In this document: positions 1-10,703 of the stretch, one piece after another
Layout of the letters: every line of letters begins with the position of its first letter
How positions within the stretch are numbered: position 1 is the stretch's first letter
Source: Candidatus Omnitrophota bacterium
GTDB lineage: Bacteria > Omnitrophota > Gorgyraeia > 2-01-FULL-45-10
Direction: 5' to 3'
NCBI GenBank assembly: GCA_041663425.1
Contig: JBAYMS010000004.1
Span: 2,213-66,212, forward strand
Length of the DNA stretch: 64,000 bases
The notes under the pieces: generated by a model
Seen by the model: the letters and a program-made list of their open reading frames with translations, nothing else
Database searches by the model: none
Told to the model about the DNA's origin: nothing
Translations under genes and position numbers: made by a program

Positions 1-36
1 ATAAATAAGATGCTTGGCGGAGGATTGGCATAGATC

Positions 37-552
37 ATGAAGCACACTATATCGGTTTTAGTTGAGAATAAATTTGGTGTCCTGGCGCGTATTTCGGGGC
101 TTTTCAGCGCCCGCGGATTCAATATAAGTTCGCTCGCAGTTGGAGAAACGGAAGATCCTACCGTTTCAAGGATGACGATAGTTGTAAAAGGCGATGACAG
201 AACGCTTGATCAGGTAAAAAAGCAGCTTAATAAGCTTATCGACACGATAAAGGTTGTCGATTTTAAGGAAGGCGAATTTATCGACCGGGAACTTGTGCTG
301 GTTAAAGTTGCGGTTACTCCTAAGAATAGAAAAGAGGTTCTGGAGGCGATAGAATCGATCGGCGCTAAGATAGAGAACGCTGGCTCAAAGTCCATCAGTG
401 TTCAAGCGACCGGTGATCACACGAAGATAAAAGCGCTATTGGAGCTCTTGCGGCCGTTCGGAATACTGGAGGTGGTGAGGACCGGCAGGATCGCGATGAG
501 CGTTGAAGATAAAGGTTTAAAAGTTGAAGGAAAACCAGAAGTAAACGAATAG
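37..552 (+). CDS. ilvH: Acetolactate synthase small (regulatory) subunit
   Basis: 171 aa; ACT-domain N-terminus (VLVENKFGVLARISGLFSARGFNISSLAV) typical of IlvH/IlvN; followed by ilvC; RBS ggagg upstream. Confidence 0.9.
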   Translation: MKHTISVLVENKFGVLARISGLFSARGFNISSLAVGETEDPTVSRMTIVVKGDDRTLDQVKKQLNKLIDTIKVVDFKEGEFIDRELVLVKVAVTPKNRKEVLEAIESIGAKIENAGSKSISVQATGDHTKIKALLELLRPFGILEVVRTGRIAMSVEDKGLKVEGKPEVNE

Positions 553-571
553 GTAGCTAAAAAAATGAAAG

Positions 572-592
572 GCCGAGATCGGAGATCTCGGC
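572..592 (+). promoter_or_regulatory. Perfect 9-bp stem / 3-nt loop hairpin (GCCGAGATC gga GATCTCGGC) in ilvH-ilvC intergenic region, no U-tract
   Basis: Inverted repeat read directly; lacks poly-T tail so not a classic intrinsic terminator; possible attenuator or processing/stability hairpin. Confidence 0.3.
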
Positions 593-636
593 ACTTAGCC
601 AATAACATGGCTGAATAAACTTGGAGGAATAAGGCA

Positions 637-1629
637 ATGGCAAAGATCTATTATGACAAGGATGCAGATTTAAATTTATTAAAGGGTAAAAAAATAGCCG
701 TTATCGGATACGGCATACAGGGGCGCAGTCAGAGTTTGAATCTGCGTGATTCGGGGCTCGATGTTATCGTGAGCGAACTTGCGGGAACAGCAAATTACGA
801 ACAGGCAAAGAAGGACGGATTTAATCCGGTTACAGCAAAAGAGGCTTCCGCCCAGGCTGACATCATCCAGATATTGACCGAAGACCACGTCCAGGCGAAA
901 GTTTACAAGAGCGAAATAGCCGACAACATGAAGAAGGGAAAGACGCTTCTTTTCTCGCACGGTTTCAATATAAGGTTTAAACAGATAAAACCGAATAAGA
1001 AGATCAACGTCATCATGGTCGCTCCTAAAGGACCGGGCGCTTTGGTGCGCAAGATGTACGAAGAGGGTAAGGGAGTTCCTTGCCTGGTGGCGGTTTATCA
1101 GGATGCCACAGGCAATGCAAAGCAGATAGCGCTCGCTTACGCCAAAGGTATCGGCGGGACGAGAGCCGGTGTTATCGAGACGACCTTCGAAGAGGAGACT
1201 GAGACAGATCTTTTCGGCGAGCAGGCAGTTCTCTGCGGCGGAACGAGCGAATTGATCAAAGCAGGATTTGACACGCTGGTCAATGCCGGTTATCAGCCGG
1301 AGATCGCGTATTTTGAAGTTCTTCACGAGCTCAAACTTATCACCGACCTGATTCAGGAAAAAGGTATCAGCGGTATGAGGTCCAGAGTTTCGAATACCGC
1401 TTGCTATGGGGACATCACCCGCGGCAAGAGGATCATCACCGACAAGACCCGCAAAGTGATGGAAAAGATGCTCAAAGAGATAAAGACCGGTAAATTTGCC
1501 AGAGAGTGGATAAAAGAGAACGAAGAGGGCAGGCCCAACTATAATTCGATCATGAAGTCCGAAGCCGAACACAAGATCGAGAAAGTCGGAGCCGATCTGC
1601 GTAAAATGATGCCGTGGATGCAGAAATAA
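637..1629 (+). CDS. ilvC: Ketol-acid reductoisomerase
   Basis: 330 aa; N-terminal Rossmann motif [21 protein letters not shown] and conserved KARI C-terminal domain. Confidence 0.95.
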   Translation: MAKIYYDKDADLNLLKGKKIAVIGYGIQGRSQSLNLRDSGLDVIVSELAGTANYEQAKKDGFNPVTAKEASAQADIIQILTEDHVQAKVYKSEIADNMKKGKTLLFSHGFNIRFKQIKPNKKINVIMVAPKGPGALVRKMYEEGKGVPCLVAVYQDATGNAKQIALAYAKGIGGTRAGVIETTFEEETETDLFGEQAVLCGGTSELIKAGFDTLVNAGYQPEIAYFEVLHELKLITDLIQEKGISGMRSRVSNTACYGDITRGKRIITDKTRKVMEKMLKEIKTGKFAREWIKENEEGRPNYNSIMKSEAEHKIEKVGADLRKMMPWMQK

Positions 1630-1639
1630 GATAAGGGAT

Positions 1640-3160
1640 ATGAACGAAAAGATAATAATATTCGATACAACGCTGCGTGACGGCGAGCAATCGCCGGGCG
1701 CAAGCCTCAACATAAAAGAGAAGCTCGAGATAGCCAGGCAACTGGCTATCTTGGGCGTCGATGTTATTGAGGCAGGATTTCCTATATCAAGTCCCGGAGA
1801 TTTTGAATCGGTCAGGACGGTGGCGAAGTCTGTCAAAGGGCCGGTCGTATGCGGCCTGGCGCGCGCTATTGAAAAAGATATTGATGCGGCGTCTGAGTCG
1901 CTGAAACAGGCGGTTCATCCGCGTATCCATGTATTTCTGGCCACCTCGAAGATCCACATGAAATATAAGCTCAAAAAGGCCGAAGACGAAATACTGAAAC
2001 TGGCCGTTGCGTCAGTGAAATACGCCAGGAATAAATGCGCCGACATAGAATTTTCACCCGAGGATGCTTCGAGGACGGAGAGAGGGTTTTTATACAAAGT
2101 CGTAGAAGCTGTCATAGCTGCCGGGGCGACCACGGTGAATATACCCGACACGGTAGGATATACTACGCCTTTTGAATTTGCCGATATCATTAAGGGTATT
2201 AAAGATAACGTGCCCAATATAGATAAATGCGTCATTAGTGTGCATTGCCATAATGACCTGGGGCTGGGTGTTGCAAATTCCTTAGCAGCAGTATTGAGCG
2301 GAGCAAGACAGGTTGAGTGCACAATAAACGGGCTGGGTGAGCGTGCAGGCAATTCTTCTTTAGAAGAAATTGTTATGGCCATCAAGACGAGAAATGACAT
2401 ATTTAAAGGAACCTATACAGATATAAATACGAAAGAGTTATATAAGACCAGCCGCCTGGTATCAAAATTGACCGGCATGGTAGTGCAGCCGAACAAGGCG
2501 ATAATAGGATCGAACGCTTTCAGCCACGAATCCGGAATACATCAGGACGGCGTTTTAAAGGAACGTATCACTTACGAGATCATGAAACCGGAAGATGTGG
2601 GTTTTGAAGAGACTCGTCTTGTTTTAGGTAAACATTCCGGCAGGCATGCCTTCGGAGAACGGCTGAAGAAGCTGGGTTTTGAGCTGAACAAAGAAGAGCT
2701 GGACGCCGCTTTTGACAGATTTAAAGCGCTGGCGGATAAGAAGAAGGAGATATTTGACGAAGATCTTGAGACCATAGTTAACGAAGAGATATCTAAGATA
2801 CCCGAGAAATTTCACCTGCTCCATTTCTATATTTCTTCGGGTGATGAGGTAAAGCCGACCGCTACGATAAAATTAAAATTTAATAACAAAGTTCTCGAAA
2901 CAACTTCGACAGGAGACGGCCCTGTTGATGCTTGCTATAAAGCTATAGACAAGGTCGCAGGCTCTGCCGGGAAATTGTTGGATTATCAGATAAGGTCTGT
3001 TACCAGCGGCAAAGATGCGCTGGGAGAAGTTTCGGTGAAGATATCGTCCAAGGGCGGCATAGTATCGGGCCGCGGCGCCAGCACAGATATTATCGAGGCT
3101 AGCGTTAAGGCGTATGTCAACGCCGTAAACAAACTTGTCTATAAGAGTCATAAGCCCTGA
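1640..3160 (+). CDS. leuA: 2-isopropylmalate synthase / citramalate synthase (LeuA family with C-terminal LeuA-dimer regulatory domain)
   Basis: 506 aa; HMGL-like TIM barrel ([30 protein letters not shown]) plus C-terminal regulatory domain; in ilv/leu context. Confidence 0.85.
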   Translation: MNEKIIIFDTTLRDGEQSPGASLNIKEKLEIARQLAILGVDVIEAGFPISSPGDFESVRTVAKSVKGPVVCGLARAIEKDIDAASESLKQAVHPRIHVFLATSKIHMKYKLKKAEDEILKLAVASVKYARNKCADIEFSPEDASRTERGFLYKVVEAVIAAGATTVNIPDTVGYTTPFEFADIIKGIKDNVPNIDKCVISVHCHNDLGLGVANSLAAVLSGARQVECTINGLGERAGNSSLEEIVMAIKTRNDIFKGTYTDINTKELYKTSRLVSKLTGMVVQPNKAIIGSNAFSHESGIHQDGVLKERITYEIMKPEDVGFEETRLVLGKHSGRHAFGERLKKLGFELNKEELDAAFDRFKALADKKKEIFDEDLETIVNEEISKIPEKFHLLHFYISSGDEVKPTATIKLKFNNKVLETTSTGDGPVDACYKAIDKVAGSAGKLLDYQIRSVTSGKDALGEVSVKISSKGGIVSGRGASTDIIEASVKAYVNAVNKLVYKSHKP

Positions 3161-3166
3161 AATTAA

Positions 3167-4024
3167 ATGCTAAAACAAAAATACGGCCTTATAGGCCACC
3201 CCGTAAAGCATTCGCTTTCGCCGGCCATGCAGAACGCTGCCTTTGGCGCGCTGGGCATTAACGCCGAATATTTTTTGTATGATGTTGAACCGGAAAAACT
3301 GGAAGGGTTCTTAAAAGATGCCCGTTCCGGCAATATATCGGGTTTCAATGTTACCGTTCCCCATAAAATAAAAACAAAAGAATATCTGGAGCGCAAAGGT
3401 TTGCTTGATGAGAACGCCAGACGGCTGGGCGCTGTAAATACGATAAAGATATGTGAGGACGGCAAGCTTTGCGGGTACAATACCGACGGCCCCGGATTTT
3501 ACCGTTCGCTCGTCGAAGATCTGAAGTTTGAGCCTGAAGGCAAAGATATATTTGTCCTGGGGGCTGGCGGAGCGGCGCATGCGGTTATAATGTATCTGGG
3601 TAACGGGCCTAAGAATATATTTGTATTCGATATAGATAAGGCAAAAACCGACGATCTGCAAGAACATTACAAAAGGTATTTTGACGGCAACAGGCTTACG
3701 ATAGTTAACAGTAATAATTTTAAAGATAAACTTAAAATTTCCAGCCTTCTTATAAATACCACTCCTGTGGGAATGAAAGAATCCGACCCGTCGCCCGTGG
3801 ACACATCTTTGCTCCATTACGGGCTTTATGTTTACGATCTTGTATATAATCGTCCTGCAACAGAGCTTGTAAAAAAAGCGACTTCGCTGAAATTGCATGC
3901 CACAACAGGCCTCGGTATGTTGCTTTATCAGGGCGCTATAGCCTTTGAGATATGGACAGGAGCTAAGGCGCCGGTAGCTGTCATGAAGAAGGCCCTTAAA
4001 GAAGCTTTAAAAAATAAGAAATAG
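3167..4024 (+). CDS. aroE: Shikimate 5-dehydrogenase
   Basis: 285 aa; N-terminal YGLIGHPVKHSLSPAMQNAAF and NTDGPGF motifs of AroE. Confidence 0.9.
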   Translation: MLKQKYGLIGHPVKHSLSPAMQNAAFGALGINAEYFLYDVEPEKLEGFLKDARSGNISGFNVTVPHKIKTKEYLERKGLLDENARRLGAVNTIKICEDGKLCGYNTDGPGFYRSLVEDLKFEPEGKDIFVLGAGGAAHAVIMYLGNGPKNIFVFDIDKAKTDDLQEHYKRYFDGNRLTIVNSNNFKDKLKISSLLINTTPVGMKESDPSPVDTSLLHYGLYVYDLVYNRPATELVKKATSLKLHATTGLGMLLYQGAIAFEIWTGAKAPVAVMKKALKEALKNKK

Positions 4025-4040
4025 AGAATAGCGAGGTAAT

Positions 4041-4817
4041 GTGTCGGCGATCTTCGTTTTTGTTTTCGGGATGATCCTGGGAAGTTTTTTAAATGTCTGC
4101 ATTTACAGAATGCCGAAGAAAGAGTCGGTTGTATTTCCGGCTTCGCACTGTCCCAAATGCGGGAAAAATATTTTCTGGTTCGACAATGTCCCGCTCCTGA
4201 GCTATTTAGTACTCAGGGGGAAATGCAGGTTTTGTAAGGCGGGGATATCGGTTAAATATCCGATCGTCGAGCTTTTGACGGCGTTTTTGCTTACAGCGCT
4301 ATTCGTAACTTTTGGCATAACACCTAAATTCTTCGCGTATTCTTTTATGTCCTGCGGTCTTATAGCTGCGACTTTTATAGATTTTGAAATACAGGAGATA
4401 CCTGACGAAATATCCGTAGGCGGCACTATCGCGGGGCTTTTGCTGGCGGCATTGTTTCCGTCGATACTTGACACTGCTACAAGGATTGCGAGCATTACCA
4501 ATTCGCTCATGGGTGCGGTTACCGGAGGCGGGATCATATTTCTGCTGGGATTTTTCGGCAAACTTGCATTTAAAAAGGATGCGATGGGCGGCGGCGATGT
4601 TAAGCTGATGGCTATGATAGGTTCGATCGTCGGCGTAAAGATGGTCATCCTGACATTTTTCATAGCGCCTTTTTTAGGAGTAGTGCCGGGGATCGTTTCA
4701 AAGATAAAGGACGGCGCTGAAACTATTCCATACGGGCCGTTCCTGTCTGCGGCTGCATTGATATCTATATTTTTCGGTAATAAGATCTTGGGGTTTTTGT
4801 TCGGCGGATTAATTTAA
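4041..4817 (+). CDS. pilD: Prepilin peptidase (type IV leader peptidase / N-methyltransferase, A24 family)
   Basis: 258 aa polytopic membrane protein; N-terminal Cys pairs CPKCG...CRFC and conserved aspartates; GTG start at 4041. Confidence 0.85.
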   Translation: MSAIFVFVFGMILGSFLNVCIYRMPKKESVVFPASHCPKCGKNIFWFDNVPLLSYLVLRGKCRFCKAGISVKYPIVELLTAFLLTALFVTFGITPKFFAYSFMSCGLIAATFIDFEIQEIPDEISVGGTIAGLLLAALFPSILDTATRIASITNSLMGAVTGGGIIFLLGFFGKLAFKKDAMGGGDVKLMAMIGSIVGVKMVILTFFIAPFLGVVPGIVSKIKDGAETIPYGPFLSAAALISIFFGNKILGFLFGGLI

Positions 4818-4904
4818 AAATGTCCCTCGGCGCGGCCGACAGTCAGATCATGGCCTTGCTCGGGACGATTTACCAGATTTGGACAATAGTAAATCGGAGG
4901 GTTT

Positions 4905-6029
4905 ATGCTCAGATATATGACAAGCGGAGAATCTCACGGCAAATGTGTTCTTGCGATACTGGACGGAATGCCGGCAGGGCTTAAAATAGACGAGGCGTCT
5001 GTAAATAAAGAGCTTTTCAGACGCATGCAGGGTTATGGCCGCGGAGCGCGCATGAAGATCGAAGCTGATAAAGTGGAGATATTGTCCGGTGTGAGGAAAT
5101 CCGTAACTATAGGCAGCCCAATATCTGTAATGATAAAGAACGTGGATCAGTCGATAGATAAGCTTCCGGTCATTCTCGATCCCAGACCAGGGCATGCCGA
5201 CCTTACGGGTGCAATAAAATATAACCTGAATGATGTCAGGAGCGTTCTTGAGCGCGCCAGTGCCAGGGAGACAGTAGCCAGGGTAAGCGTCGGGGCTATC
5301 TGTAAAATATTGTTAGCTGAATTCGGTATCCGTATAACAAGCCATGTGACAGGCATAGGCGATATAACATCTAAGCCGAGTGGATTTAGTTTCGATAAGA
5401 TATTGTCAAGAGCTGAGGCGTCTTCGGTGCGATGTGTCGATCCGGCTGCGTCAGAATTGATGTGCAAAGAGATCGATAAGGCTATGGCTGACGGCGATAC
5501 GCTGGGCGGGACATTTGAGGTTGTGGCTAACGGCGTTCCTCCGGGGCTCGGCACTTATGTTCAGTGGGACAGAAGGCTCGATAGTATGCTTGCCGGTGCG
5601 ATAATGTCTATACAGGCGATAAAAGGAGTCAGCATCGGCGCCGGGTTTGAAGCTGCCGGTATGCGCGGCTCCGCAGTGCATGACGAAATATTTTATTCAA
5701 AAGCTAAAGGATTTTTCAGAAATACAAATCAGGCGGGCGGTATCGAAGGCGGTATGAGTAACGGTGAGGATATTGTAATAACCGCCGCTATGAAGCCTAT
5801 CGCTACGCTTAAAAAACCGCTTTCAAGCATAAATATCAAGACTAAGAAGGCTTTTAAGGCTACGGTAGAGCGTTCGGATGTATGCGCAGTGCCGGCGGCA
5901 GGTGTGGTGGCCGAGAGCGTGGCTGCTGTGGAGATCGCCAATGCGATGATCTTGAAGTTTGGCGGCGATTCGGTCGGTGAGATGCTGCGCAATTATAGTG
6001 AATACTTAAAACAGGTGGCGGAATTTTAA
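4905..6029 (+). CDS. aroC: Chorismate synthase
   Basis: 374 aa; MLRYMTSGESHGKCVLAILDGMPAGL and GRGARMKIE(A) motifs characteristic of AroC. Confidence 0.95.
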   Translation: MLRYMTSGESHGKCVLAILDGMPAGLKIDEASVNKELFRRMQGYGRGARMKIEADKVEILSGVRKSVTIGSPISVMIKNVDQSIDKLPVILDPRPGHADLTGAIKYNLNDVRSVLERASARETVARVSVGAICKILLAEFGIRITSHVTGIGDITSKPSGFSFDKILSRAEASSVRCVDPAASELMCKEIDKAMADGDTLGGTFEVVANGVPPGLGTYVQWDRRLDSMLAGAIMSIQAIKGVSIGAGFEAAGMRGSAVHDEIFYSKAKGFFRNTNQAGGIEGGMSNGEDIVITAAMKPIATLKKPLSSINIKTKKAFKATVERSDVCAVPAAGVVAESVAAVEIANAMILKFGGDSVGEMLRNYSEYLKQVAEF

Positions 6030-6530
6030 ATGAAGAACATAGTCCTTGTCGGATTTATGGGCACTGGAAAGACGACCATAGCTATTCAGCTTGCAAATAA
6101 GCTCGGCATGCGTTATGTTTCGACCGATGACATGATAGAGAAGCGGGAGAAGCGGACTATAAACGAGATCTTCACAAAGAGCGGGGAGGAATATTTCCGT
6201 GATGTGGAGAGCGACGTTGTCCGCGAGATCTCGCAGGCCGAAGGACTGGTAGTAGACGCCGGCGGCGGGGTGGTCATCAGGGAGGAAAACCTGGTCAATC
6301 TTAAATCGAGCGGCATAGTTATCTGTCTTACAGCCGATGAAGATACGATAATGGAGCGGACGAAAAAGTATAAACACAGGCCGCTTCTTAATGTCGAGGA
6401 TCCAAAGCAGAAAATCCGGGCGCTTCTTGCGAAGAGAGCGCCTTTTTATGCTAAGGCTGATCATTTTATAGATACCGGTGAGTTTACAGCCAGGCAGGTT
6501 ATAGAAAAAATTGAGGCTATTGTGAAATGA
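6030..6530 (+). CDS. aroK: Shikimate kinase
   Basis: 166 aa; Walker A GFMGTGKTT; start abuts aroC stop. Confidence 0.9.
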   Translation: MKNIVLVGFMGTGKTTIAIQLANKLGMRYVSTDDMIEKREKRTINEIFTKSGEEYFRDVESDVVREISQAEGLVVDAGGGVVIREENLVNLKSSGIVICLTADEDTIMERTKKYKHRPLLNVEDPKQKIRALLAKRAPFYAKADHFIDTGEFTARQVIEKIEAIVK

Positions 6531-6844
6531 GCAGAAAAGCGCGTTTGTGGACCGGGATGACGCTTATTGTAATATTAGCGTTCAACTATGGTATTTTCGG
6601 TTTTCCTTTGATAAGAAAAGCTCTTTCGCTCAACGATAAAGCGACGACGATACTGATGACGAAGATAAAGACGGGCAATGCCCTCAGAAGTTCGTCAGAA
6701 GAGGAATATATACTTGATATTTTCAGGCGCGAAAAGGAAGCTATCACACGTAAGTTGATAGTCCTTAACGCGGTCAGCCTGACGGTTGTGATCCTGATAG
6801 TAAGCTGGACGATGTTCGGGTTGGTTGTAAATAAGAAGAAATGA
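6527..6844 (+). CDS. Hypothetical small membrane protein (two predicted TM helices)
   Basis: 105 aa; ORF overlaps neighbours by 4 nt on both sides (translational coupling); no recognisable family. Confidence 0.5.
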   Translation: MSRKARLWTGMTLIVILAFNYGIFGFPLIRKALSLNDKATTILMTKIKTGNALRSSSEEEYILDIFRREKEAITRKLIVLNAVSLTVVILIVSWTMFGLVVNKKK

Positions 6845-7758
6845 GAATGGCTATACGGAAGATTACATTAAGTGATGCGGAATATCCGAAGAATTTACGG
6901 AATATGCATACGCCGCCGAAACAATTGTATGTCAATGGCGACTTGCTGGAGCGTGACGAGGTCGCGGTAGCGATCGTCGGCTCACGGCGCGCATCGGTCT
7001 ATGGGCTTGAAACTGCTGAGAAGTTCGGATTTGAGCTTGCCGCGCGGGGAGTGACGGTGGTCAGCGGTATGGCGATCGGTATCGACTCGGCCGCACACAA
7101 AGGTGCGCTCAAAGCCAAAGGCAGGACGATAGCGGTAATGGGCAGCGGGCATAACGTTATCTATCCGCCGCAGAATAAGAAATTGTACGAAGAGATCATA
7201 AGCAGCGGTGCGGTCGTAACGGAATACGACAATGACATGGAAGCGTTGCCGTACCATTTTCCGGCGCGCAATCGTATCATAAGCGGCCTTTCTCTGGGTA
7301 TAGTAGTTGTCGAGGCGGCCAGGAATTCAGGAGCGCTTATTACGGCGAACTTTGCGGCCGAGCAGGGCAGGACGGTGTTTGCGGTTCCGGGCAAAGTTTC
7401 GTCAAGCACTAGCTCAGGCACCAATGAACTTATTAAAGACGGCGCCTGTCTTATTCAGTCAGTCGATGACATATTACAGGAGTTGGCTATCGTGCAGGTC
7501 GGTCAGGTCGGCGGCGAGGTAAAAGAATCGCTGGATAAAAAGATATCGAAACAGACCAGGGCATATATTTATAATTCTCTGACCGATGACGAACGGAAAG
7601 TATATAAAAATTTATCAGATGAGCCGATGTATATAGACGACATTTTAGAAAAAGCAGGCATGGAGCATGCTGCGGTATCGAAAGTGTTGCTTAATTTAGA
7701 ATTGAAGAAGCTGATTTCGCAGCTTCCAGGCAAGCAATTTATACGAAAGGAAAATTAA
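6841..7758 (+). CDS. dprA: DNA processing protein DprA (Smf)
   Basis: 305 aa; Rossmann-like DprA core (VAIVGSRRASVYG, VVSGMAIGIDSAAH) and C-terminal winged-helix region. Confidence 0.9.
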   Translation: MRMAIRKITLSDAEYPKNLRNMHTPPKQLYVNGDLLERDEVAVAIVGSRRASVYGLETAEKFGFELAARGVTVVSGMAIGIDSAAHKGALKAKGRTIAVMGSGHNVIYPPQNKKLYEEIISSGAVVTEYDNDMEALPYHFPARNRIISGLSLGIVVVEAARNSGALITANFAAEQGRTVFAVPGKVSSSTSSGTNELIKDGACLIQSVDDILQELAIVQVGQVGGEVKESLDKKISKQTRAYIYNSLTDDERKVYKNLSDEPMYIDDILEKAGMEHAAVSKVLLNLELKKLISQLPGKQFIRKEN

Positions 7759-9785
7759 TGGCCAAAAACCTGGTAATAGTAGAGTCTCCCGCTAAAGCGA
7801 AGACGATAAATAAATTTCTCGGATCAAGCTACAAAGTTGTCGCCAGTATGGGGCATATTATAGACCTGCCCAAATCGAAGCTCGGGGTAGACGTTGAGAA
7901 TGACTTTGCGCCTAAGTACATAGTTATGACGGACAGGAAAAAAAATATGGCTGCGCTAAAAAAAGACGCCAAGTCCAAAACTACCATCTATCTCGCAGCC
8001 GACCCTGATCGTGAAGGCGAAGCTATAAGCTGGCATCTGAAGAATGTGCTGGGCAGCGAAGATAAGAAATGTTACAGGGTCGAGTTCGACGAAATAACCA
8101 AAGATGCCGTATTGAATGCGTTTAAGCACCCCCGCGATATAAACATGAACCTCGTTAATGCCCAGCAGGCAAGGCGGATACTCGACAGGCTTGTCGGATA
8201 TTCCATAAGCCCTATCCTTTGGAAAAAGGTAGCTAGGGGGCTTTCGGCCGGCCGCGTCCAATCTGTTGCGCTTCGCCTGATAGTTGAGCGTGAAAGCGAG
8301 ATAAAGAAATTTAACCCTCAGGAATATTGGAGTCTCGAGGCTGAGCTTAAGCGTAAAGCGGATCAGCCGAAGGATAAATTTATCGCCAAGCTTTATAAAT
8401 ATAAAGGCGTGGATGCAGATATAAAACACAAGCAGGATGCCGACAAAGCTCTGGAGCAGCTTAAGAAGGAGACTTTTATAGTCAGCGATCTGCGGGAGAC
8501 CAAGAAAAAAAGAAATCCATATCCGCCGTTTACCACATCAAAGCTTCAGCAGGAGTCGTTTAATAAACTGAAATTCTCGGGTGCGAGAACGATGCATATC
8601 GCCCAGACTTTATATGAAGGCGTCGAAATAGGGGACGAAGGGTCTGTCGGTCTTATAACTTACATGAGAACCGATTCAGTGAAAATTTCCAAAGATGCTC
8701 AGGCGGCGGCTAAAGAGTATGTCGTGAATACTTACGGTAACAAATATTATCCGGAGACGCCGAATGCTTATAAATCTAGAAAATCGGCTCAGGAAGCGCA
8801 CGAAGCCATAAGGCCGACACTTCCTTTGAGGAGTCCTGAATCTGTAAGAGATACGCTTACGCACGATCAGTTTAAACTTTATCAGCTCGTATGGAACAGG
8901 TTTATCGCCAGCCAGATGACACCGGCTGTCTTTTCGCAGGTCACTGTTGATATTAACGCCGGCGATTATCTTTTTAAGGCCAGCGATACAAAGGTGGTGT
9001 TTGACGGCTATACGGCTGTTTATGAGGTAGAGAAAGAGAAAGAGGATGATGAGGACGAAAAGACCAAACTGCCGGAGCTTTCCGTCGGGCTGCCGCTCGA
9101 TCTTCTGAACCTCATTCCCGATCAGCACTTTACTAAACCGCCGCCGAGATATTCAGATGCGAGCCTTGTAAAGATACTTGAAGAGCTCGGCATCGGCAGG
9201 CCGTCGACATATGCGCCTATTATACAGACCATTACGGCGAGGGATTATGTCAGGCGTGAGTCCGGGTATTTCCATCCGACTGAACTGGGCACAATAGTGG
9301 TTGAGCTCTTAATGAAGCATTTCACCAAGATCCTTGATGTTGAATTTACAGCTAGAATGGAAAATGAACTCGATGGCATAGAAGAGGGCGAAGCGGACTG
9401 GGTTACGGTTCTCAAAGCATTCTATTCGCCGTTCATACATTCTGTCGAGGCGGCAAAGCTTGAGATGAAGGATGTTAAAAAAGAAATAGGCGCAACGGAC
9501 CAGATATGCGAGCTTTGCGGAAAGCCTATGGTTATAAAGTGGGGCAGGCGCGGGAAGTTTTTGAGTTGTTCCGACTATCCGACCTGCAAGAACGCAAAAT
9601 CGATATCTTCAGGCGTAAAATGTCCTAATGGCTGCGGCGGAGAGCTGGTCCAGAGACGTTCTTTCCGCGGCACCTTTTACGGCTGTACGAAATACCCCGC
9701 ATGCACATTTACTTCCAAAAAACTTCCGGGGACTGAAGACAAAGAAGCCGATGATGCCAAGAAGGATGGGGAATCAGCCGCTTGA
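7758..9785 (+). CDS. topA: DNA topoisomerase I
   Basis: 675 aa; TOPRIM N-terminus (LVIVESPAKAKTI), catalytic domain, and C-terminal Cys4 zinc-ribbon repeats. Confidence 0.95.
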   Translation: MAKNLVIVESPAKAKTINKFLGSSYKVVASMGHIIDLPKSKLGVDVENDFAPKYIVMTDRKKNMAALKKDAKSKTTIYLAADPDREGEAISWHLKNVLGSEDKKCYRVEFDEITKDAVLNAFKHPRDINMNLVNAQQARRILDRLVGYSISPILWKKVARGLSAGRVQSVALRLIVERESEIKKFNPQEYWSLEAELKRKADQPKDKFIAKLYKYKGVDADIKHKQDADKALEQLKKETFIVSDLRETKKKRNPYPPFTTSKLQQESFNKLKFSGARTMHIAQTLYEGVEIGDEGSVGLITYMRTDSVKISKDAQAAAKEYVVNTYGNKYYPETPNAYKSRKSAQEAHEAIRPTLPLRSPESVRDTLTHDQFKLYQLVWNRFIASQMTPAVFSQVTVDINAGDYLFKASDTKVVFDGYTAVYEVEKEKEDDEDEKTKLPELSVGLPLDLLNLIPDQHFTKPPPRYSDASLVKILEELGIGRPSTYAPIIQTITARDYVRRESGYFHPTELGTIVVELLMKHFTKILDVEFTARMENELDGIEEGEADWVTVLKAFYSPFIHSVEAAKLEMKDVKKEIGATDQICELCGKPMVIKWGRRGKFLSCSDYPTCKNAKSISSGVKCPNGCGGELVQRRSFRGTFYGCTKYPACTFTSKKLPGTEDKEADDAKKDGESAA

Positions 9786-10663
9786 TGCAGAGGTTTGTAG
9801 AAAAATTTATAAATTACCTTAAGGTTGAAAAGAATTCTTCGGCGCATACAATAACAAATTATTCTGTGGACCTCAAAGCGTTTGAAGAATTTTTAGGCGA
9901 CAAGGACGTTTCCGCCATAGACCACCTGCTGCTCAGAAAGTTTCTTGCCGATATGCGCGCGAAGGACTATTCGAAAAGGACCGTTGCGCGCAAACTTGCA
10001 AGCTTGCGGAGTTTCTTTAAGTTTATGTATCGCGAAGGGCACATAAAGACCAACCCTATTTCCGCGATATCTACGCCCAAGCTTGATCATAAATTGCCGG
10101 TTGTCCTGGACGAAGGGCAGATAGCAAAGCTGCTCCAGTGCCCTCCCGAGGATGATGTATTCGGGCTAAGGGACAGGGCTATGCTTGAGACGATCTACTC
10201 CGCCGGGATCCGCGTAAGCGAGCTGGTGGGCTTGAATATCAGCAACGTTGACCTGATCGGTGAGGTCATTAAGGTATTCGGTAAAGGTTCTAAGGAGCGG
10301 ATGGTGCCGATAGGCCGTCCGGCAGCTACAGCGCTTCGGAGATATCTCGATAGGCGCGATGAGCTGGGTGTTAAGGATAAAGACAAGAATGCGGTGTTCC
10401 TTGGTAAAAATGGGACGCGTTTGTGGGACAGAAGTGTCCGCCGCATACTTGATAAGCATATAAAGTCATGCGCCGTTGTGGAGCATATTTCGCCGCATAG
10501 CCTGAGGCATTCGTTTGCGACACACATGCTTGATCATGGGGCGGATCTGCGCAGCGTCCAGGAACTTCTGGGCCATGCGAATCTGTCGACAACGCAGATA
10601 TACACGCATGTGACGATGGATCGCCTGAAAGCGGTGTATGACAAAGCGCATCCACGGGCATAA
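9782..10663 (+). CDS. xerC: Site-specific tyrosine recombinase XerC/XerD family
   Basis: 293 aa; phage-integrase catalytic signature (R...HSLRHSFATHMLD...LGHANLSTTQIYTHV); conserved dprA-topA-xerC synteny. Confidence 0.9.
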   Translation: MMQRFVEKFINYLKVEKNSSAHTITNYSVDLKAFEEFLGDKDVSAIDHLLLRKFLADMRAKDYSKRTVARKLASLRSFFKFMYREGHIKTNPISAISTPKLDHKLPVVLDEGQIAKLLQCPPEDDVFGLRDRAMLETIYSAGIRVSELVGLNISNVDLIGEVIKVFGKGSKERMVPIGRPAATALRRYLDRRDELGVKDKDKNAVFLGKNGTRLWDRSVRRILDKHIKSCAVVEHISPHSLRHSFATHMLDHGADLRSVQELLGHANLSTTQIYTHVTMDRLKAVYDKAHPRA

Positions 10664-10703
10664 AGTTTTTGACACGGTAGAATGTGCTGTGTCAAAGTGG
10701 TTC

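Noticed and set aside
679-1836. 385-aa minus-strand ORF antisense to ilvC/leuA (and many similar long minus-strand ORFs throughout, e.g. 22764-23366, 42868-43506, 44659-45231, 60687-61418)
   Set aside because: Each lies entirely within a well-supported plus-strand gene with clear family motifs; they have low-complexity, Ser/Leu/Arg-rich translations typical of antisense shadow ORFs and lack RBS or family similarity
4818-4904. 87-nt pilD-aroC intergenic region with GGCC-rich imperfect repeats
   Set aside because: No convincing hairpin plus U-tract or promoter hexamers; likely just a spacer containing the aroC RBS (ggaggg)
7307-7522. 71-aa plus-strand ORF inside dprA
   Set aside because: Alternative frame within a well-supported gene; Arg-rich junk translation
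9628-9822. 64-aa ORF overlapping the topA 3' end and xerC start
   Set aside because: Out-of-frame overlap of two strongly supported genes; no independent evidence
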